This document shows positions 57,165 to 64,000 of a stretch of 64,000 bases of DNA, piece after piece. The DNA is from a virus. The notes under the pieces are model-generated. The model saw only the letters and a program-made list of their open reading frames with translations. It was not told the origin of the DNA and made no database searches. Each line of letters starts with the position of its first letter. The first letter of the stretch is position 1. The stretch spans positions 18,213 through 82,212 of the IMG/VR virus record IMGVR_UViG_3300009151_000053. One strand, given 5' to 3'. A program made the translations under genes and the position numbers.

Positions 57165-57541
57165 TGGCTTATACGATTACATCAAATAAGAAGAACACCT
57201 CGCTTGTTATTCATATTTCTTCTGCTAACGTAAATCTAAAGGTTGCTGGCAATAACAGTGTCAGCAATCTGGCAATGTCTGATGAAATCCTTAATGGTGC
57301 TTATATTACTCAAGCATTCTGGGGCAATGACGGAAACGGCCATATTCAAATCTTAAGAGATTCTGCGCTTGTTGCTGTATATGATTCATCGAGTTATGTT
57401 GATTACGCTGGATCAGGTATGCCATTATCTGTCGGGCAATCTGCAAATCTGATAGTCAACTTTGTTGGTTCTGCTAATGCATACTGCGTTCTAGAACTTC
57501 AGAAGACTGGCACATTCGTCTCTGATTACTTTAAGCCATAA
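57164..57541 (+). CDS. Hypothetical (probable virion) protein
   Basis: 125 aa, GAGG RBS, TAATG-coupled, immediately upstream of gp21. Confidence 0.7.
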   Translation: MAYTITSNKKNTSLVIHISSANVNLKVAGNNSVSNLAMSDEILNGAYITQAFWGNDGNGHIQILRDSALVAVYDSSSYVDYAGSGMPLSVGQSANLIVNFVGSANAYCVLELQKTGTFVSDYFKP

Positions 57542-57552
57542 GGAATAGATAC

Positions 57553-58197
57553 ATGAAACTTATTACTGAAGTAACATTCGAAGCCAACTGCGTAACAGAA
57601 GCCAGAGAAGATGGCAAGAAGAACGTTTTCATTGAAGGTGTTTTTCTTCAAGGCGGAATCAAGAACCGTAATGGACGTATGTATCCTGTAGAGACATTGG
57701 CTAAAGAAGTCAATCGCTACAATGAAGCATATGTGAAGACCAATCGCGCCATGGGCGAACTTGGTCATCCAGAAGGTCCTTCAATCAATCTTGATCGCGT
57801 GTCTCACATGATCACAAGTCTTCGCCAAGAGGGCATGAACTTCATTGGTAAAGCCAAGTTGCTTGATACTCCTATGGGTAACACTGCAAAGGGGCTTATC
57901 GGAGAAGGTGTTCGTTTAGGTGTGTCTTCTCGTGGTATGGGTTCATTGAAGATGAACAATGAAGGCATCAACGAAGTTCAGAACGATTTCTATCTTGCAA
58001 CCGCTGCTGATATCGTAGCAGACCCTTCGGCTCCTGATGCGTTTGTTAACGGTATTATGGAAGGTGTTGAATGGGCATGGGAAAACAATCTGCTAGTTGC
58101 ACATCAAGCCAAACTTCAAATTGAACAGGCCGTGTCTTCAAGAGAGTTGAATGAGCGTAAACTCAAGATTTTCGAGACGTTTGTTTCAAAATTATAA
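57553..58197 (+). CDS. gp21: Prohead protease gp21
   Basis: MKLITE; IEGVFLQ...KNRNGR.YP; GELGHP; GVSSRGMGS; DIVADPSAPDAFV. Confidence 0.96.
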   Translation: MKLITEVTFEANCVTEAREDGKKNVFIEGVFLQGGIKNRNGRMYPVETLAKEVNRYNEAYVKTNRAMGELGHPEGPSINLDRVSHMITSLRQEGMNFIGKAKLLDTPMGNTAKGLIGEGVRLGVSSRGMGSLKMNNEGINEVQNDFYLATAADIVADPSAPDAFVNGIMEGVEWAWENNLLVAHQAKLQIEQAVSSRELNERKLKIFETFVSKL

Positions 58198-58235
58198 TTC
58201 TAATAAATAAATGAAATACTTTAAAGGAGTACACT

Positions 58236-59426
58236 ATGTCCAATGATAACTATGGTGCTGACCGTCTAGACGAGGTTTCTCAGAAACTCGCTACAAAAAC
58301 GTTCGTAAAACGCGCCAACCAAGCGGATGACCATGATGGATATGATGATCCATATATGCAAGGCTCGGCTTTCAAAGCCGGTGATAAAGCAATTAAGACC
58401 AGAAAATATATTGGCAAAAAGTTTGGAAATACCGCAAGTAACGATGCTGCAAAAGCATTAATAATGAAAAAGGAAGAAACTGAAATGGATGAATCAGCAG
58501 GCTCTGATACTTTGAAGCCAGGAAGCCAAGGCGGAACGAAAACAGAAATGCTGGCCACTTTCACCTCTCTTCTTGCTCAATTGGGTAAAGAAGATTTAAC
58601 CAGTCTGTTCAACGATTCAATGAAAAAGTATAACCCAGACAACGTGCCTTCGGCAACTGCTCCTGGTAAAACTGGCATGCCACAAATGGCAATGGCTAAA
58701 CTTGGCGTTAAGGAAGACCTCGATGCAATGTTCGCTAGCGATAGCGACCTCACAGAAGATTTTAAAGAACGCGCCTCTACCATTTTTGAAGCGGCTATTG
58801 AACTCCGTGCAAATCTGGAAATCGCTCGTCTTGAAGAAGAGTATTCAGATGCTCTTGAAGAAGAAGTTGCAACGATTAAGGAAGACCTGTCAACTAAGGT
58901 TGATCAGTATCTTAACTACGTTGTTGAGCAGTGGATCGAAGAAAATCAAATCGCAATTGAAACTTCACTCCGCTCAGACATCGCAGAAGACTTTATGCAA
59001 GGTCTTTACAACCTATTTGCCGAAAGCAACATCCATGTTCCTGAAGAGAAGATCGATGTGCTTGGTGAACTCCATGATAAGATCCTTGAACTGGAATCCG
59101 CTCTTGATGAATCAATCAACAGCCAACTAGAACTCAAGGCTATCATTAACGAAGCCGAAAAAGAAGCAGCCTTTGATGAAGTATGTGAAGGTTTAGCAGC
59201 CACTCAGGTTGAGAAACTCCGTACACTTGCTGAAGGTGTTGAGTTTAACGATATGGCTTCTTACTCAAGAAAGTTGGACATTCTGAAAGACAAGTACTTT
59301 ACAGAAAAGAAGATCACATCAACCAATATTATTACTGAGACTGTAGAAGCCGGTCAAGAGCCTGCCGCTTCAGTTCCTGCAGAAATGTCACAGTATGTTT
59401 CCGCAATCTCAAAATCATTAAAGTAA
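58236..59426 (+). CDS. gp22: Prohead core scaffold gp22 with N-terminal extension
   Basis: LTEDFKE.A.TIFEAA; VD.YLNYVVE.W..EN..AIE..LR..IAE.F..GL; L..TQ.EKL..LAEGV. AATAAATA at 58202. Confidence 0.9.
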   Translation: MSNDNYGADRLDEVSQKLATKTFVKRANQADDHDGYDDPYMQGSAFKAGDKAIKTRKYIGKKFGNTASNDAAKALIMKKEETEMDESAGSDTLKPGSQGGTKTEMLATFTSLLAQLGKEDLTSLFNDSMKKYNPDNVPSATAPGKTGMPQMAMAKLGVKEDLDAMFASDSDLTEDFKERASTIFEAAIELRANLEIARLEEEYSDALEEEVATIKEDLSTKVDQYLNYVVEQWIEENQIAIETSLRSDIAEDFMQGLYNLFAESNIHVPEEKIDVLGELHDKILELESALDESINSQLELKAIINEAEKEAAFDEVCEGLAATQVEKLRTLAEGVEFNDMASYSRKLDILKDKYFTEKKITSTNIITETVEAGQEPAASVPAEMSQYVSAISKSLK

Positions 59427-59473
59427 TAAATAAAAAATAACTACCAATACCCAAGAAAGGTAAGGAGACTAAA

Positions 59474-60826
59474 ATGTTAGCTGAGGAAATTAAAAATAAG
59501 TGGAAGCCAGTTCTGGAACATTCAGAACTTCCAGAAATCACTGACGCTCACAAGCGTACAGTAACCGCACAAATTCTTGAGAACACAGAGAATGCTCTTC
59601 GTGAATCCAGTGCAATGGTTAGCGGTTCACAACAACTGTTGGGAGAATCACCAACAAACGTTGCCGGTAACGTTTCTAACTTCGATCCAGTATTGATCTC
59701 GCTCGTTCGTCGTGCGATGCCTAATCTGATCGCTTATGACATCTGCGGCGTACAGCCAATGACCGGACCTACTGGTCTGATCTTTGCTATGCGTTCGAAG
59801 TATGCCAACTCCACACAACTGAATGGTGAATCATTCTACAACGAAGCAAACACAGGCTTCTCGTCACGTCTTGGTGCGGGTCTTGACTCTGCCAACACTG
59901 GTGCGGCTTCTGCTACTGCCGTTGGTGCTAACACTGTTGGTACTGCTCCTGGTTCTTCAAACAACGCCGGTAACTCAACCTATAACGCTACTATGGGTCT
60001 GTTGCTTGGTGCTGCTGAACAACTCGGTACTTCTGGCTTCACGTTCCCAGAAATGGGCTTCTCAATCGAAAAAGTTACCGTGTCTGCTAAGTCACGCGCT
60101 TTGAAGGCTGAGTATTCACTTGAACTCGCTCAAGACTTGAAGGCCATTCATGGTCTGGACGCTGAAACAGAATTGTCAAACATTCTGTCGGCTGAAATTC
60201 TTGCCGAAATCAACCGTGAAGTAGTCCGCGATATCATCATCACAGCCGTTAAGGGTGCTACTGATGGTACAACGACTTCAGGTATCTTCGACCTCGACAC
60301 AGACTCAAACGGCCGTTGGTCAGTTGAAAAGTTCAAGGGTCTTATGTTCCAGATCGAGCGCGAATGCAATCAGATCGCTAAGGAAACCAGACGTGGTAAG
60401 GGTAACATTCTGATCTGTTCTTCAGACGTTGCTTCTGCTCTGCAAATGGCTGGCGTTCTCGACTATGCTCCTGCTCTTAACTCGAACAACCTCAACGTTG
60501 ACGACACAGGCAACACCTTCGCTGGTGTTCTGAATGGTCGCGTGAAGGTCTATATCGATCCATACGCAGGCACAAACTATTGCGTTGTAGGCTATAAGGG
60601 TTCATCGGCGTTTGACGCTGGTCTGTTCTATTGCCCATACGTTCCATTGCAAATGGTTCGCGCTGTTGATCCTAACTCCTTCCAGCCTAAGATCGGCTTT
60701 AAGACACGCTACGGAATGGCACCAAATCCATTCGCTAAGGGTGCTACGGCTGCTTCTGCGACTGCGGTTCTTGAGCAAGATTCCAACGTTTACTATCGTC
60801 GGGTACTTATTCAAAATCTTATGTAA
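59474..60826 (+). CDS. gp23: Major capsid protein gp23
   Basis: FDPVLISLVRRAMPNLIAYDICGVQPMTGPTGLIFAMR; RALKAEYS.ELAQDLKAIHGLDAE; FQPKIGFKTRYG. AATAAATA at 59425. Confidence 0.98.
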   Translation: MLAEEIKNKWKPVLEHSELPEITDAHKRTVTAQILENTENALRESSAMVSGSQQLLGESPTNVAGNVSNFDPVLISLVRRAMPNLIAYDICGVQPMTGPTGLIFAMRSKYANSTQLNGESFYNEANTGFSSRLGAGLDSANTGAASATAVGANTVGTAPGSSNNAGNSTYNATMGLLLGAAEQLGTSGFTFPEMGFSIEKVTVSAKSRALKAEYSLELAQDLKAIHGLDAETELSNILSAEILAEINREVVRDIIITAVKGATDGTTTSGIFDLDTDSNGRWSVEKFKGLMFQIERECNQIAKETRRGKGNILICSSDVASALQMAGVLDYAPALNSNNLNVDDTGNTFAGVLNGRVKVYIDPYAGTNYCVVGYKGSSAFDAGLFYCPYVPLQMVRAVDPNSFQPKIGFKTRYGMAPNPFAKGATAASATAVLEQDSNVYYRRVLIQNLM

Positions 60827-60851
60827 GATCAAGAAACTACACTAAAAACTT

Positions 60852-60882
60852 GGGGAGGGCCGAAAGGCTCTCCCCTTTTTTT
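60852..60882 (+). terminator. Rho-independent terminator after gp23
   Basis: GGGGAGGGCC-GAAA-GGCTCTCCCC followed by T7. Confidence 0.92.
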
Positions 60883-60931
60883 GTTTTGATGCCATGATTT
60901 CTTTTGACTTATTAAAATGCCTATGCGATAT

Positions 60932-60939
60932 TATAAATA
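60932..60939 (+). promoter_or_regulatory. Late promoter TATAAATA
   Basis: Exact consensus upstream of AAGGA RBS and ATG 60959. Confidence 0.7.
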
Positions 60940-60958
60940 TAAACAAAAAGGAACTACC

Positions 60959-61216
60959 ATGATACCGTTCAAAGATTTTATCGCTGAAGAGACTTCTAAC
61001 GAATATTCTGCTGCCAAACATAAATTGAATATCACAAAAAGCCGCTCTGGACATTACACAATCACGGTTCGATTTAAGAACGGACCAAGTTATTATGGAC
61101 TCAGTGGCAAAGTTGGCAAACTGTCAACAGCAGTCCATGCTAGAAATGCTATTCCAGATGCAATAGAAGATTTACATAAACAATATAAGAAACATGGTTT
61201 TTCTATTCCAAAATAG
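60959..61216 (+). CDS. Small basic internal-head-protein-like protein
   Basis: Start revised. MIPFKDFIAEE resembles the T4 capsid-targeting sequence; the remainder is K/R/H-rich. Confidence 0.65.
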   Translation: MIPFKDFIAEETSNEYSAAKHKLNITKSRSGHYTITVRFKNGPSYYGLSGKVGKLSTAVHARNAIPDAIEDLHKQYKKHGFSIPK

Positions 61217-61217
61217 G

Positions 61218-61246
61218 TTGACATTGCTTTAGCCTATCGGTATAAT
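61218..61246 (+). promoter_or_regulatory. Consensus sigma70 promoter TTGACA-N17-TATAAT
   Basis: ttgaca ttgctttagcctatcgg tataat, intergenic. Confidence 0.85.
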
Positions 61247-61281
61247 AACTATTGAAGCAATAACAATATAAGGTATCTTTA

Positions 61282-61794
61282 ATGACTGTTCCAACAAATA
61301 AGAACTTCTTAAGCCCAACAGGTTATAAGTTCAGTATTGTTCGTGCTCCTAATGTAGCATACAATGTACAGAGAATCAATCTTCCTGGTATTAGTCTTGG
61401 TTCAGCAGAACTTTCCACACCATTTCTAGTTATTCCATTACCTGGTACTGGTATTACTTATGATACAGTATCTGTAGAGTTTAAAGTTGATGAAGATATG
61501 GCTAACTATCTTGAAATCTTCAACTGGATGTTAGGTCTGAGTGTTGGTAAGACATTTGGTGGGCATCAAACAGTACCAAGAAATAGTATCGATACTGGTA
61601 ACAATATATTGACATCTGATCTTAACCTGACTATAATGAATAGTGCTTCTAGAGGTAATGTCAGTGTTGACTTCTATGATGCTTATCCAGTCAGTCTATC
61701 AGATATGCAGTTTGATTCTACTGATACAGATATCAACTATATCAATGCAACAGTAACATTCCGATATCTCCAGCACACTATAACAAAGTTGTAA
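61282..61794 (+). CDS. gp3: Tail completion/tube terminator gp3
   Basis: NFLSP.G.KF....P.V......NLPGI; F.VDED..NY.EI.NW; F.DAYP.SLS...FD. Confidence 0.9.
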   Translation: MTVPTNKNFLSPTGYKFSIVRAPNVAYNVQRINLPGISLGSAELSTPFLVIPLPGTGITYDTVSVEFKVDEDMANYLEIFNWMLGLSVGKTFGGHQTVPRNSIDTGNNILTSDLNLTIMNSASRGNVSVDFYDAYPVSLSDMQFDSTDTDINYINATVTFRYLQHTITKL

Positions 61795-61807
61795 AAGAAA
61801 GTACATA

Positions 61808-62242
61808 ATGAAGATTGATGATATTTTTGGTTTATGGGAAGTAGATAGTAAAATAGATAGAGCCGAACTTGGCAATGAAGCGATAAAGATACCACAACTC
61901 CATCATAAGTACTTCAAGATTTATACCAATGAGCGATTGGTTCTTCGCAAGTATGAAGCCGAGATGAAAACTCTTAGGATGACCAAGTATGAGTTCTACA
62001 CTCAAGGTCCTACTAAAGAGACGATGGAACTTGGCTGGGAACTGCCAGCATCTGGTAAGATTTTACGCGCTGATGCGAACGCATATATAGATGCAGATAA
62101 AGATATTATCAATCTGTCTCTTAAGATTGGCATCCAGCACGAGAAAGTGGAACTTCTAGATTCCATCATCAAGTCATTGTCACAACGTGGCTATAATCTG
62201 TCTGCTGCAATCAACTGGGAGAAGTTTAAAATGGGAATGTAA
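61808..62242 (+). CDS. uvsY: Recombination mediator UvsY
   Basis: W..DS.ID...L..E..KIPQLH.KY; YIDAD.D; R.Y....AI.W.KF. Confidence 0.9.
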   Translation: MKIDDIFGLWEVDSKIDRAELGNEAIKIPQLHHKYFKIYTNERLVLRKYEAEMKTLRMTKYEFYTQGPTKETMELGWELPASGKILRADANAYIDADKDIINLSLKIGIQHEKVELLDSIIKSLSQRGYNLSAAINWEKFKMGM

Positions 62243-62243
62243 A

Positions 62244-62765
62244 ATGGGTAAACGAAGTGAGTTTGAGCGGCGAGACAGAGACTATTATCCTACACCAAAA
62301 GAAGCGGTATTGCCGCTATTTGCACATCTAGATCCAAACACAAAGTTCATTGAGCCTTGTGCCGGTGATCTTGCGTTGGTAGATATATTAGAAGAACAAG
62401 GTCATGAATGCGTACTCGCTTCTGATATAGAACCTCAAGCGCCGAATGTTCTGAAGCAAGATGCTTTATCATCAACATTCAAGCCTAATCCCAATGAAAT
62501 CATTATAACAAATCCACCATGGGACAGAAAAGTTCTTCATCCTATGATTGTCGCATTCTCAAACTTGGCACCAACATGGTTGTTGTTTGATGCAGATTGG
62601 ATGCACACTAAGCAATCAAAAGAATATCTTCCACGATTGAGAAAAATCATTAGCGTGGGCAGAGTTAAGTGGATACCAAACTCAACAATGGTAGGAAAAG
62701 ATAACTGTGCGTGGCATCTGTTTGATAAGCCAAGTGAAACTCCAACTATATTTTACGGAAGATAG
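62244..62765 (+). CDS. Small amino-DNA methyltransferase (probably N6-adenine)
   Basis: Start revised (MGKRS). DYYPTP, EPCAGD, SDIEP, IITNPPW. Confidence 0.8.
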   Translation: MGKRSEFERRDRDYYPTPKEAVLPLFAHLDPNTKFIEPCAGDLALVDILEEQGHECVLASDIEPQAPNVLKQDALSSTFKPNPNEIIITNPPWDRKVLHPMIVAFSNLAPTWLLFDADWMHTKQSKEYLPRLRKIISVGRVKWIPNSTMVGKDNCAWHLFDKPSETPTIFYGR

Positions 62766-62768
62766 AAT

Positions 62769-64000
62769 ATGGCTGATGTACACCTACGCTTTATAAACAA
62801 TGTCAATATGCAAGTAGTCTGCGATCCTTCCATCATTATGGAACTTGCAGACCTTTTGACGTGGAAGGCTCCCAACTATAAGTTCCATCCTAAATACAAA
62901 GCACGAATGTGGGACGGTAACATTACCAAGATCAACAGAATGTCTGGTATTGTCAATGTTGGTCTAGCACAGGTCATTAAGAAGTTCTGTGATAAGAATG
63001 AATACACCGTTTCTTTTGATCAAGAACTGACCTACGCTTCTGTATCAGAACATGAACTAACAGAGTTTATCAAGACACTCAATATCCCAGAGAAGTATTC
63101 TATAAGAGATTATCAGTTTACTTCTATTCTAAAGTGTATCAGAAGTGGTAGACGGACGCTGTTAAGCCCGACTTCTTCTGGTAAGTCTTTGATGATCTAT
63201 ATCATTACTCAGTGGTATAGAGAACACAAGAACTTGGTTATTGTTCCTACGATTGGTCTTGTAACTCAACTTGAGAAAGACTTTGAGGATTATGGATACA
63301 AAGGAACTATTCATAAGAGCACCAAAGGATTAAGCAAAGACAATAACATTCCTGCTGATATCGTCATTACTACATGGCAGAGTCTTGATAATGGTAAGAG
63401 TAGAATGCTGCCTTCATGGTATTCACAGTTTGGTGCGGTGTTCGGTGATGAAGCGCATGGATGTAAGGCTGCATCATTGATCAAGATTCTAGAGAGTTTG
63501 GTTAACTGTCGCTTTAGATTTGGCACTACAGGAACTCTTGATGATGATCCATTGAACGAACACACGATCATTGGCTTGTTTGGTCCGAAGTATCAAGCAA
63601 TCACAACCAAAGAGATGATTGACCAAGGCTATGCCTCTAAGTTAAAAATCAAGTGTATCGTGCTTAAGTATGATGAGGCTACTTGCAAGAAGTTTGTCCC
63701 AAAGCCAAAAGACAAAGACGGCAAGAAGCATCCTGATAACATGGAATATCCTGATGAGATTGATTTCCTCGTCAACTGCAACGCAAGAAATGTTTTCATT
63801 AAGAATCTAACACTGTCTCTCAAGGGCAACAAACTGGTGTTCTTCAAGATCATTGATCATGGCAAGGCGTTGTATGATTTGATTGCAGAGACAAGCACAG
63901 ACAGAGTGTTTCATATTGATGGTGCTGTTTCTGGTGATAACCGAGAGTCTATCAGAAAGGCTATTGAACTGGAAGAGAATGCTACTCTTGTTGCATCGCT
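62769..64000 (+). CDS. uvsW: UvsW DNA helicase (3'-truncated; absent from the ORF track)
   Basis: Own translation: MADVHLRF...MWDG...RDYQ...LSPTSSGKSLMIY...GDEAHG...RFGTTGTL. Confidence 0.93.
   Translation, partial: MADVHLRFINNVNMQVVCDPSIIMELADLLTWKAPNYKFHPKYKARMWDGNITKINRMSGIVNVGLAQVIKKFCDKNEYTVSFDQELTYASVSEHELTEFIKTLNIPEKYSIRDYQFTSILKCIRSGRRTLLSPTSSGKSLMIYIITQWYREHKNLVIVPTIGLVTQLEKDFEDYGYKGTIHKSTKGLSKDNNIPADIVITTWQSLDNGKSRMLPSWYSQFGAVFGDEAHGCKAASLIKILESLVNCRFRFGTTGTLDDDPLNEHTIIGLFGPKYQAITTKEMIDQGYASKLKIKCIVLKYDEATCKKFVPKPKDKDGKKHPDNMEYPDEIDFLVNCNARNVFIKNLTLSLKGNKLVFFKIIDHGKALYDLIAETSTDRVFHIDGAVSGDNRESIRKAIELEENATLVAS

Noticed and set aside
49395-60826. Introns or inteins in gp17, gp20 or gp23
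   Set aside because: The ORFs are continuous, of ordinary length, and lack intein splice motifs.
60904-60934. sigma70 promoter starting at TTGACT before the IP-like gene
   Set aside because: No good -10 hexamer at 17-nt spacing; the TATAAATA late box explains the site.
1-64000. tRNA/rRNA genes or an alternative genetic code
   Set aside because: Intergenic gaps are too short and show no cloverleaf; conserved genes translate full-length in the standard code.

Overview
A 64-kb stretch of a T4-like myovirus genome covering the virion-morphogenesis module, almost all on the + strand. Gene order resembles cyanophage and alphaproteobacterial T4-like phages, but the host cannot be determined. Order: baseplate wedge gp7 (5'-truncated) and gp8, a DUF4815/VrlC-type protein split into two genes, a ~31-kb accessory fibre island (14.4-45.9 kb) where T4 has genes 9-12/wac, then gp13, gp14, a GIY-YIG homing endonuclease, gp15-20, gp67/68-like genes, gp21, gp22, gp23, an internal-protein-like gene, gp3, uvsY, a small DNA methyltransferase and uvsW (3'-truncated). 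Three candidate systems stand out. (1) About 25 fibre, adaptor and tip genes built from Pro-poor collagen-like (G-Y-T-G-S-x)n repeats; their terminal and internal motifs recur in fixed pairs between neighbouring genes, suggesting a plug-and-socket branched fibre tree with up to ~8 different tips. (2) A putative virion-modification toolkit bracketing that island: an antisense 3xGT+FkbM methyltransferase with its own sigma70 promoter, a sulfotransferase, a 2OG-Fe(II) oxygenase and a second antisense GT-like gene. Structural proteins are visibly rich in A/S/G-N-T/S motifs, which points to chlorovirus-like virion glycosylation. (3) A head-cargo polyprotein of basic modules separated by gp21-type cleavage sites. 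All family calls come from motif recognition by eye; no database searches were run.
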